From the NCBI RefSeq assembly GCF_037042905.1, contig NC_087251.1, positions 2,296,001-2,360,000 of the forward strand: a DNA stretch of 64,000 nt, read 5' to 3'. Shown here one piece after another: positions 27,101 to 40,162 of this stretch; within the stretch, counting starts at the first letter, position 1; every line of letters begins with the position of its first letter. The DNA comes from Lytechinus pictus (taxonomy: Eukaryota). A program made the position numbers and the translations under genes. The notes beneath the pieces are model-generated. The model searched no databases and was not told where the DNA came from. It saw nothing but the letters and a program-made list of their open reading frames with translations.

Positions 27101-29295
27101 TTGGGGTGACAATTGACAAGAATCTCACATTTCAACAGCATGTTAAGAATATTTGTAAGTCTGCCTCCTTTGGTATTTTTAAGATTGGAAAAATGAGGAG
27201 GCTACTCGACCAACCCACAACTGCTAAACTTACCCATGCTTTTGTATCTTCCCACATTGATTACTGCAATTCTGCTCTTTCTGGTATCCCACTGTCACAT
27301 TTACGCCCACTTCAAAGAATTCAAAATAGTGCTGCAAGGCTTGTTACTCTTTCAAGAAAATCTGAACATGTTACACCTATTCTGAAATCACTTCATTGGC
27401 TTCCAATACGCCAACGCATCATTTTCAAAGTTCTTCACATGACGTATAAAATAATCAATGGCCTAGCTCCTGAATACCTCTCTAATCTCATTTCTCTCCG
27501 CTCTTCTAGCTCACTCAGACCACTTCGTTCTTCAACAACCTTGCAGCTTACTTTAGGACCACGTACAAATACCAGTTATGGGGATCGAGCCTTTTCCGTT
27601 TTCGCTCCAATCCAGTGGAATAAATTACCATCTTACATCCATAATGCCAACTCCCTTGATCAATTTAAGACCTTGCTAAAGACCCACCTTTTTAATGTAT
27701 AGGTATCAGTTGTGGGTTGGTCTATATTGAGGTGCACATCTTAGTTGCATTTGTTTGTTTAAAATTTTGCTTTGAATATATCAAGTTTTTTTTTTTTTTT
27801 TTTTTTTTTCCCGGTAATTTAGTTGATAGGCAGAAAACTGAGCGCTTAGAAACACCTGTATTAAGCGCCCTACAAATGTTATAATTATTATTATTATTAT
27901 TAATAACACTTCATATCCACTTCCTCTCTGGAACAGTTTAATGGCCAGCTGGATAGGATACCACTGCACAATGGAAAAAGTTTTTTTTTTTAACTTGCAC
28001 AGGGAGCATTTTTACTTTATTCATGTACATCTGTAACTTCATTTTACCAAGGATCAACAATGTAGCATGGCATCCTATTTTTGTCTAGTACTACACAACA
28101 TTACAAAATGCTCCACCAAGAGGATGTACTACACCTGGAAGAAATAGAAGTAATTGTTTCATTATCATAGGTTTGAGACCACATTATGTAGGATCACAAG
28201 TGAATGTGTTATGTATGGAACCAAGGGTGTGTTCAATGTCGGTTTCCAAATTTGAACGGCAACATGGATCATGAATGACAACATGATTACAAAACGCAGA
28301 TATAATGAGAAACAAAGGGTGTCCACTATTCCTGGTCGTAAAAGTAAACGTCTTTCAAATCACAATTCGGAGGAAAATTTAAACGTCGAAAAAGATGTGT
28401 TTGTAAATGCAATCAACTCAAATTTAAGACCTTGAGCATCGCGAATGCAACATTGAACACAATTGCGTTTTGAAATGTCTTTAAGTTTTCTCTCACGGTG
28501 CAAGCCTACACAAACAGGTGCCAGAACTAACATTTCTTGTGCTTTGTCAAACTGAGCACTAAAGCTGCGCTAACGAAAGCGGGAAATCTAAAGACGATCG
28601 ACATATAAACGTCTTTATATTTTCGACACTGAGCGGTGCACCGCTGGTCGTGTTTGTGTTCAGTGTTTTGGAATTTATTTTTCAATCATGATTCATGTTG
28701 CTGTTTAAATTTGAAAATCAACATTGAACACACCCCAAGATGGAAATTAGTGGAAACCTTGTTTGTGTAAGAGGGGTTGACGTAACAGGCCAAAATATGT
28801 AAATATTGGAAATTGAGCAAGCTAGCATGAACTACTTAGCTTCTTCAGCAGTTCATGTCTTTTTCAATATTTTTTTTTAGTAATGATTTTCTTAATTGAT
28901 TGGTTTATCCTTTATCTACAGATTACAGAACCATTTAAGCCACCTGATGCTCTGAAACCTACAGAGATACCCAAACCCAATGAGACTCCTAAGAAAGTTG
29001 AGCCATTGAAGCCCAGTGTCCTTAGCACCCCTAAGACCCTACCCCTAGAGCTGCCCCCCAATGGGGGAGGGGGTACTCTACCAGCGGAACCTCCACATGT
29101 GACCATTGATCCTTCTCCTTTGAGTCCTGATCAGGATGAGAAGGCTAAGATGGAACAGACAGAGGAAGAGGTGCTACGATGTTTCGTGCTGATGCTGGAT
29201 CTTCTGATTATGCAGGTGAGATTCTATTCAGTGATTAGATGGTGTAATGATGGAAAGGATAATGATGATGATGATGATGGTGATGATGGTGATGG

Positions 29296-29329
<34 letters not shown>

Positions 29330-29330
29330 A

Positions 29331-29363
<33 letters not shown>

Positions 29364-32300
29364 GTGATGATGATGGTGGTGATGGTGTTGTTGATGATGA
29401 AAATAGTGATTTTTGGAAATTAGTACTTAGCATATTAATGAATGAGACTGTTCATGATGATGACAGCAATAATTATGCTGATGATGATTATGCCATTTTC
29501 AATGCAATTCTAAAGTTTAATTTTTTTGTGACTGGCTGAATTTTTCCTAAATTGTATATATGTGAAAGATCAATGTTCTTTTATAAGAAAATGTGATTTT
29601 CCTTTTTATATTTCAGTGCATGTTTGCAGTCGTTAGACAGTTGTTCATCAAGATGAAATGAGCACTCCTCTCCAATATGTGTCTTGTTCTGTCTTCTATA
29701 GTGGTATGCATGATGGTCTTGCATGGTTAATGTTTACTGCATGTATATTACACTTTTAATTTAATATTGTAAGACTTATGATCATATTTAGACAATTTAA
29801 TTTGAAGAGATCAGTCCATTTTTTTTTCTTTTTTGAAAGAAGTATTAAAGTGAGAACTATTGGTAACAAAAATAATGTTATAATACAACCAAGGATTGTT
29901 AAGCGATAATCGTTCAAACACAATAGAATTCTCGGACATGGCAAATGCTCACTTTTCTCTTGATTTAGTTTACATGAAGTCTTGTGACTTGTCACATAAT
30001 AAAATTCCCATGCAGTCTTTCTATTAAAACCCATGAGAATTCATTTTATGGTACATTTATAATTGAGATCATTGAGATACCTATAATTGTATTTTAATTG
30101 ATTATTTCGAAACTAGTCCAGTTTCCAAAAAAAAAAAAAAAAACATTACAACTATTTTTTATATAACATATTTCAATTTTTTGTGTCACCAGATTCCCAT
30201 TATAAAATAGAATCTTTAAAGGATACTTGTATTTGGTAGTACGATTCACAGTTCATTCTTCGTGTTTCGCTTGTAGAGTAGACTAGAATTACTTCTACTG
30301 AGTAATCTTTGAGTATTTGGGTTATGTTTTGATTCTGTTTTGATTTCTGTTTAAAAAAATTTGTTTTACTTTATCTCATCATTTGTGTAAAAAATGTTTG
30401 CACTGTTGTTTTTTTCATATATATTGCTCTCTACAAAAGTAGAAATTTGCACTTCAATCTTATATATAACCATTGCTGCACACTAGAGAAAAATGTTAAT
30501 ATTACACCTTTAATATGCTAAACTCAAAGTGAAAGTGAAAGTCATGAATGTGTGCTCTGTTCTTTGAATATATTTGCTTTGTGGTATGATATTTTGTATC
30601 AGCTCCTACTTCATTTGAATCAATTTGTTATTTGACTTTCACAGAGTGATCTTCAGTACCTACCATTCCATCAAGGTTTAGAACATAGCCAATCAAAAGA
30701 CTTTGTAGCTCTGTTAACCACCATGCTACAAACACCATGGGTAACAGAGAATATGTTTGAAACCAATTCAGCTGAAGGAAAGGAGAAGAAAGAGGAGAAG
30801 CAGAAAGCTGCAGAAGCCAAACATGAGTCAGATAGCGCCAATGCTGGAAAGTACAGGAAGAAGTCTATTGGTCATAAGTGTACAGCTAATTATGAAGTGA
30901 GAACTTGTAACATCATTATTTTATTAATTTGAGTTATATTGAGCTCTTCATTGTAAAAGCTTAATTTCATATTTTAATTGGACTTTATTTGAAAGTATAA
31001 TTTTTTTTCAGTAAGGTGAGTTCACATGTCACATCTTTTTTTTTAACCCACCACCCTGCGAGCAAAAAGATTATTGCGTATTATAAAAGCTACGTACAAG
31101 CAGGAGAGGAAGCACTTTATCCATAGGAACAATAAGAATTGATTATTATACAAGTAAAAAAGAGGGATAAAAAAGTAGGAATTGCATCGAATATATCAAA
31201 GTTTTATTGACCCTACCCGAAGCCCATTTTTGTTCATACCCCAAAATCTGATACAAGATGGTTTTATAGCTAATACAAATTATCAGTCTAATCACTACCA
31301 CATCACTTCATGAAACCGGTTCCCTTCTATTCCTATCACCAGGCAATGGGAACCAATGGTGTTAAGATGATGTCATGTAGTCTATGTGAGCTCTGGGCAC
31401 TGTGGTTTCAACTATCTCTCAAGCTCCTTGAAAGAATCGCTCCTGGTGGTGAGACTAAGGTCTGTGACATGCCTGATGTGTCGGAGTATCAGTTTGAAAA
31501 GAGTCTGGAGGAAGCCCTTACAATCTGTAAAACCAATGATGTCAAGAGCAAGAAGAACAAGAGTATAATGGATAGAGGGATGAGCAAACATAAGAGGATA
31601 ACTAAGGTGAGTGTTGGGTTGTATGCTTGTGATCGCAACTTTAAAAACTTTAAAGAATTCTGGAATTGTTTGTTAAAGCTTTTCTCTCTTTTGTGTGTCA
31701 TATTTTATATGTCCAAACTATTCTCTTTTGCCTAGGAGATCATTAGAATTTGGCACTGTCATTCTTTGTAGCTCAGTTCCAATAAAAAAAAACTTCAGAG
31801 GCATGTTGCAGAAAATATTAGTTTTAATCACAACTCAAAAAAAATTATCACAAGATTAAAAAATGTGTGCTTTTAATTTGGTAAGAATCAAGTTGTGTTT
31901 GATTTCAATGCTTTTTGTAATTGGCCCCTGACAAACATCAAATTTTATTTTTTAACATTATAATGTTTGAACATACTTTCTCAATCTAGCATCATTCATT
32001 GTTACTTAGCATTTGTCTCACACTTAGTGTTTTGTAACAGCTATAGATTAGAAAACATCAATTCAGGCCCATTATTGATTTGCCTTTCATCCAGCAGCAA
32101 AACAAAATCATAGAAAAAAGAATGGGAAAAAAGATATCACACTTTCCCAATTGGGCACTGAACCAATGCTCTACCAACTGAGCTATCCCGGCTCCTGTTA
32201 CGGCAGTATAGTATTTTATATATGCAAAAAAGAGCACATCAAGTCGCATTGATTCTATTTCATAGACTTGCAGATCCATACTATTTTTGTAGTTTTTGTT

Positions 32301-35300
32301 AATGTATGCAGCTAAAGAACATCTCAATTTTCCTTGGACTTCTATAATTAGTTCACTAGCTATAGATAAATTTGTTATTGATAATATACTGTTTTCATTA
32401 CTCTTCTTCCAGAGATACATTTGCCCGAATTCATAAAGGTGGTTTTTAAAACCATCGGTTAAACCCATGGTTTATTCAGATTTCCTGTATAAATTACGCT
32501 TATTTACCACGTATATGTTCAATGCTGATGCGCGCGTTTGTCACAGTGCGCCGAATCGACGCCTGTTGCCATGGTTAAGTATGCTATTTTATTCATGAGT
32601 CCACTGTTTGAAGAGTGGACTCATGAATAAGATAGCTTGGATAACCACGGCAACAGACGTCAATTTAGCGCACTGTGACAAAAGCGCGCATCAGCATTGG
32701 ACATTTTTTTATATACAGAGTAAATAAGCGTAATTTATACAGGAAATCTGGAAAACCATGGGTTTAACCAATGGTTTTAAAAACCACCTTTGTGATTTTG
32801 GACCATTAAGTTTGTAGATTTGAGTTACTTTATACTTCTTTCTTCATGATATACTGTAGTTTCTTTCAATCTATGTTACATCTAATCACGGTCATTTTTT
32901 AAATCTCATAGATGATTCTCTGTTAATTTCAACTTGATTAGTTTCTTTTTCACAAATCTCATCTTGCACTGTTTTTTTTTTCTGTTTCAGTTTCTGTTTT
33001 TCATGCTCACATTTTCTTTCACCTTTCCATGACTCTTTCCATTTGTTTTTATTTCTCTTCTGTGGGTTGGAATTTACAGGGGCTCACTGTCCCTGAGGTA
33101 AATATTTGTCATGCTACTAGTATATTAATCTTGACCTTTTTTTCTCTCTTTCTCTTTCTCTCTATTCCTGTCTCTCTTTCTCTTTCTCCCTTTTTCTATC
33201 TTACTTTCTCCATTTCATTTATGTCTCTTTTTTTCAAAGAATATTGACCCATGACCTTTGCTTTCACAACCAGCACTTCCTAGCACTTCATATAGTCTTA
33301 GTATTCAGACCACTATTTTGCACCATAGCTGACTGCTGGCCTGTAAGACAAGGAGGATGGAACCTAGATGACTGTTATCTTTGTCATATTGTTTGTTGAA
33401 AGTGTTTCTTGTTTGTATGATTCATGCTCTTGCTTTAGAGATGAAAAAGTTGTCTTAAATGTACCCTACTTTCATTTTATTATAGGAAGATTTAGACGTC
33501 ATTATCAAATTATTAATACCTTTTTGTGTGCCTTCCAAAATCATCTCTCAAAACTCACTTATTTCAGCAGATTTGTAATAATCAGCTTAATTCGATGAGC
33601 CTATGCCTATGAATGGTTTTTTTTTGGGGGGGAAGAGCAAATTATGAATCATTTGGATGGTTGATATGGGAGTTTGTTGTATTCTGTTTTTTTTTTTTCC
33701 AACTTTCAGAAGACAATTGAATTAAGTTCTCCCATAGAATGTATGAAAGCGATTAATATTATATTCACTACTTGGTGTAGTACGCAAGCATTCAACTAAT
33801 CATAAATGTTATCCCTAAAAATAAAGAAAACTAAAGTATCACTAATTATTATTTTATCCCTGTGAAACCTTTGAAATCACCCACAAGTGAGAATGGTGAT
33901 AATTGTTCTTTGTTTTATTGTCTATATGTAATGTCTAATTGTGTCCTGCAAGTCCCTTCAAATCCAAGTAGGCAGCATTTAACATAACAAACATATTATG
34001 TTCAGTGTTGGTCCAATGTACTTTACATTCTAACGAACAAATGAATTTGTTACCTTGATGTACAAATGTAGGCCTACCGCATCAAATTAATACCTTTGCC
34101 TTTGTACATTAGTGACTATACTCAGAAATTAAACTAAATGTATTTTATTTGTATGGAGGAATAGTGCTTGATTGTAGCGGTTAGAAACTTAATCATGTAG
34201 ATATTGTCAAGCATTATTGACAAATATCCCTTATCAAAGAAATCTGAAATGATTTTTGTTACAACTGTGGTGAAAAGCAACTTTTGTTGAAAAAAATTGA
34301 AATCATGAAGGAATGACAAAATGTTATTCTGCATGATCTTATTTGTATTTTGTTAATGGCTACACCCATGGTAACTGGTTGCTGTAAGCATTATACTGTA
34401 GGGTCATCCTTCTCATTCTTCTTCTCATGATTTGTGAAAAACTGTTTGAAAGATTCTTGGTCCAAAAATGCATTTAGGTGTGATGATGATCTGGTTAATT
34501 CTGGGGGTAGCTGGGTCAAATCTCAAAGCCCTCAAAAGTCCTATATTGAAATGTCTTGTTCTCATGAAAACCGAAGAACCATTTGAGGGAATGACTTCAA
34601 AGTTGTCTTATGTATGCATATGAGTATGCCAATCTGATTAGATTTTGGAGTCATTATTAGTGTCACAAGTCACAGATGTCATTATTTCAAAATGCTTAGA
34701 ACCTAAGTGGTTTCTAATATATAATTGATCTGTCAATGGCAGAGACTTAAATTTTGACTTCGCAGTCAAAAAAACATGTCTTGAATCATGACATCAAATT
34801 ATTTCAGTTGCACATTCAGATAAAGCTGAATTAAATATGTGAAAGGAAGTGAAATATTTCATGCATTTTGTCATTTTCACACATCTTGTACATACATGAT
34901 GTAGCAGAGTTCACATTCTTTTTATTGACTTTACTAATATTACAATCCTGACTAATCTGACATCACTCTTCCATAATCATTAAAGGTCAAGTCCACCTCA
35001 GAAAAATTTTGATTTGAATAAATAGAGAAAAATCAAACTAGCATAACTCTTATCTTAAAATTTCATCAAAATCGGATGTAAAATAAGAAAGTTATGGCAT
35101 TTTAAAGTTTCGCTTATTTTTAACAAAACAGTGATAAGCACAACTCAGTGACATGCAAATGAGTCAGTCGATGATGTCCATCACTCACTATTTCTTTTGT
35201 TTTTTATTGTTCGAATTATACGATAATTCATTTTTTACAAATTTGACGAACCAACTTGACTGAACCATATAATATTAAACAGTGTTCATTCCACGTGTTC

Positions 35301-38300
35301 AGGGAGGAATTAATTGTTGTTTCACTTGACAATGAGGAGAAAATTAGAATATTTCATATGATAAAATACAAAAGAAATAGTGAGTGGATGACGTCATCAG
35401 TCTCCTCATTTGCATATCGACCAGGATGTGCATATAACCGTTTTGTGAAATTAAACGAAACTTGAAAATGTCATAACTTTCTTATTTTACATCCAATTTT
35501 GATGAAATTTTCACTGTTATGCATGTTGGAATTTTTTTTTTCTATTCAAATCAATTTTTTGTTGGGGTGGACTTGTCCTATAAGCAAATTTTATCAATTA
35601 CAATATTTCCTTAATAAAGACAACTTTAAAGATGCAATGTATTGTCTAGATTTACCATTATCATCACCACCACCACCATAATTATCATCGCCATCATTAT
35701 CATCGCCATCATTATCGCCATCATCATTATCATCGTCAGATGTCATCATCATCACCATTATCATCATCATCACCACCATCATCATCACCATCATCTCCAC
35801 CATCACCATCATCTCCACCATCACCGTCATCATCACCATCATCATTGTCATCATCATCACCATCATCTTCACCATTATCATCATCATCATTACCATTATC
35901 ACCATCATCACCACCATCATCATTAACGTCATTCAATTCAATTCAATTCAAATAAACATTTATTTTCTTCCATTTCAAAACACTTTTCATAAACATTAGT
36001 TCATACAAAAATCAAATTGTTATGAGGAATATAAATATGTACATGTTTGGTATAAAGAAGAAGGCGTATACCCTAAAAGCCGAGGCTTGTGACGGGATAC
36101 GCCTATAGACAGAAATACAATACAAAAGAAAGGGCAGAGAAAAGGAGAGAAGGAAATGGAACGAGAGAGGGAGACGTGAGCGGGAGGCGGGCATGAATTA
36201 CTGTATAAAATAGAATGCTCAACAAATGTATCAGTGGGGGCAAAAATATAAATGCCGCAAGAACAATTGTCCATGGTTCATGTTAACTTAAAGTCAAAAG
36301 GAAACGTAAGTTGAAAAATATTCATATATAAAATGACAGAAGAAGTTTTTTCATTTTATACTTAAAGCTACATGACGATAGAGATTGTTTTATGTAATCC
36401 GGTATTTCGTTCCATATTTTGGGGCCAGTATAACGAATGTTGTGTTGAAAGATTATTTTTCTATGTTTGGGAATGAATATTTGATTATTTGAGCGGGTAT
36501 CAAAATTATGTATGTTGGAAACATGCGTAAACAAATCACGAAATTTGTGTGGAATTTGAGAATTTAAACACCTGTAGAGAAACTGACATCATCAGAGAAA
36601 CTGTCATCATCATTGCCATCACTATCGTCATCTTCACCATTGTCATCATCATCACCACCACCATCATCATCATTGCATTCATGCAACCTATAGTCTCATA
36701 TGAATCACTTAAGGATTTTTTTTTTACTTTAAGATAATACATGAAAATTGTTTCTATCAAAATCCAAATAAACCCATAGTATCTGTAGTCTAATTACATG
36801 TACTCTAAAATCTGATCTCATTCTCCCTTGATGAATCAGAATCAGTCCTTGTGTTTTATAATATAAAATGATTCAGAGTAGTTAGAGTATATAAACCAAC
36901 CAGACACAAATTTGAAGTGGCCATTGTTTCACACAAGTTATCAGCAATGACAATCTTCACAATATTTTTCAATGACATTCTTGTTTTGATTCAAGTTCAA
37001 GTTTATTTAAACCAATCAAAACAAGAGACATATTACACAGTTTAACAAAAAAATGAGCATACATGATAGGTTTGGGACCACATAGAAGCAGAGCTTGTGA
37101 GAGGGGCCCCTTATACAAAACATTACAGCAAGAATGAGACGAAAAATATATACAATAATAATCTAGAGAGTAAATAAAATACATACAAAAATACACACAC
37201 ATACGCACACGTATGGTTTATCAAGATTCAATTTAAGATATTTTGTAATCTTTCAAATAAATATTTTCGACATGAATTTTTAAATATGGGCAGTGTTGGA
37301 CTGGATCTAAAGCTTTGTGGTAACTTATTCCATTCTTTGATACAAACTATCACAAAAGAATTCAAAGCGGTATTTGTTCTTGCAAGTGGTTGGTGGATAA
37401 GATTTTTCTGCCGTGTATTGTACAAATGGACATTCGAGTTAACAACAAATGCATCTTTTAAAAATGAACAGTTTTGAGAGGATTGTGATTTGTACATAAA
37501 TATCAAACAGTTGAAGGAGACTAAATCATCAAGAGGCAAAATCTTCAATTGCAGAAATAAAGGAATACTTGGACATCTGTAATTCGAATATGTTATGAGC
37601 CTCATAACTTTCTTCTGAAGAATTAGCAGTTTGTTTAAATGGTTCCTATATGTATTTCCCCATGCAACATTACAATAATTTAAGTGTGGCATAATGATAG
37701 CATTGTAAAGAGTTACTAAGGTCTGCTGTGGTAGAGAGCAACATATCTTATAAATGACACCAACACACCTTGATACCTTAGTACAAACATAATTGAGGTG
37801 ATTTTTCCATGATAAGTGATCATCAACTACAACTCCCAAAAACCTTACATCTTGACTTCGATTGATCTGATGACCTCCTATTGATAATGTATCAATATCA
37901 TCAGGGATTCTTTTACCCCTTGTTCTAAAGACAACATATTGAGTTTTACTAGCATTTAATAAAAGCATGTTACTGCAAAACCATTAAAATATATTTCTAA
38001 TTTCATTGTTAGTTGAGAATATAAGAGTATGCATATCTTTGTGATGGGAAAGTTAGCAAGTATCATCTGCGAATAGTGAATAAGTAAACAATTTTGATGA
38101 ATTTATAATGTCATTAATATAAATCAAGAACAATAATGGACCCAGAAGCGTTATCACTGTGGTAGATATAAGTGATAAATATCATGTTAGTGATTATAGC
38201 CTTCATAAAATGATGACTTTATCATATTAACATGATATTTGAACATTATTTAGTTATAAAATGTTATGCCATTAATCCTCGTTTAGAACAAGACTGATTC

Positions 38301-40028
38301 TACAGCCCAGGGTCTATTAGCTGCTACTGAGGTTAGACATGAGGTATTGAAAGCTGAAACAGTTCAAGCCTTCTCAGCTGTATCTAATCTCAAAGCAGAG
38401 AAAGAGAGAGCAGCTAAGAAACCAGGAGGACTCAAACCACAAAAAGGTACAAAAGTAGTCGCACATTTTTGTCCTTTTATTTTCCCTTTTTCTTTCTTTG
38501 TCTTTTTTATTACTGTTTTTCTTTTTCTTTTGCACTTCTTTTGCTGTTATTATTCCTGGTCTTCTTCTGCTGCTTTTTTGTACTGATTCTTTTTCTTTGA
38601 CTTCTTCTTAAAATTTATTACTTCTTTTCTTGTTATACTCCTATTTTTTCTTCTCTCTCTTCTATTTCTTTTCCTCTGTATATCCTCTCCTCTTTTTATT
38701 CTGATCATTATTTTTCTTGTGTTTCTCATTTCTGTTCTGCATCATTTTAGCCATTTTTGTTTGTTTCATGAAAGCTTTCATATATTTCTTTCAGTTGTTA
38801 TTCAAAATCACTTATGTTTATTCAAAAAAAAATTCAAATGTGTAAAATCTTTATATCTTAATTTGAATTGTGTAAAGGAGACAAAGGAAAGCCTGGTAAG
38901 AAAGATCAAGATAAGTCTACATGGCATACAGGACATGGTGATTTTACCATCAAACTAGAAGAGCTTCCAAGATCACTTCAACTTCTCTTCATGTTACTCC
39001 AGGTAAATAAACCACCCAAACAGGTAGTCCAGATTAGATTACTCAAAACTAAATATTAGAGTGTTGTCTAACATAGCAACACTCTATTCATCCAAACTGG
39101 ATCCAAAAACCAAGCCTCATTGATAATATAAAACGTACAACTAGAAAACTTTGACTCTTGGTACTGAATCATTTAAAAAAAAGGAAAGTAAACATTCTTG
39201 TCATTAGATCCAAACATTGAATAAGATAGACACCAGATTGAAGAAATAACAATACCAATGTTGATAATGAGGAGGAACCATCTTAACAAAAAATGATTAG
39301 ACCTGTTTTCGATGTGTTATTCATTCATGGTGTCACAAAGTTATTGTCTCCCTTTGGCCCTGCTTAAAAAAAATTGAAAATTATAAATCAACGTGTGTGA
39401 CAAAAAATAACATACAGATATATTAAAACTTGATCAAATATTAATATTTTAGTAAAGGCAATTATTTTAAGAATGAAATGTGTCACTATGCATCCTTTTG
39501 GTTTTTGATATTTATCAAAGTGAATTTCTGATTAATTTTCAGGAGGTATCTAAGCATCCAGACCCTAATGTTTTGTTGAATCTGCTGAACTGTGTCAAAG
39601 TGCTGTGTTTGAATGCAGAATGCCTTAGACAAGCTGCTAAGGATCAAGTAGGATTCCTGGTCTATGCACAAGAGAATTTACTCATTCCAAGGTATTTACC
39701 AATTTAACTCTTTCATTTCCATTGTCTTTGATAATAAAGAGATCATTTACATGATTACATCATGAGATGACAGGAAGGTATTTGTTTCTTTTATTTCTTT
39801 TGAGATTGATGAATTCTCTTTGATAACCTGATAATATCTCCAATGTTATATTCTTTCTTTTCAACTCTTTAATTAGATCTGTGACATTTTCTGAGGTAAT
39901 TAAGCCTTGCAGTATTCTCAATTTCACTTTTGTCTCATAGCAGTGCTGCTACTAATGATAGGGATAATGAAATGACGATTATGATCATTAGAATGGTGGT
40001 GGTGGTGATGATGATGATGATTTTGATT

Positions 40029-40060
<32 letters not shown>

Positions 40061-40109
40061 GATGGTGATGATGAAGATGATGATGATTATGATGAAGATG
40101 AAGATGGTT

Positions 40110-40162
<53 letters not shown>

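Noticed and set aside
32140..32195. Minus-strand tRNA (GCCGGGATAGCTCAGTTGGTAGAGCA)
   Set aside because: Only the 5' third is present, with no anticodon or T arm; probably a SINE or tRNA remnant
33270..33345. Second microexon ending at cct|gtaaga
   Set aside because: The nearest acceptors give 14 or 34 nt, which are not frame-preserving
35594..35955. Poly-His, poly-Met and poly-Asp ORFs (also near 18081, 29224, 39924)
   Set aside because: Translations of (CAT/GAT)n microsatellites
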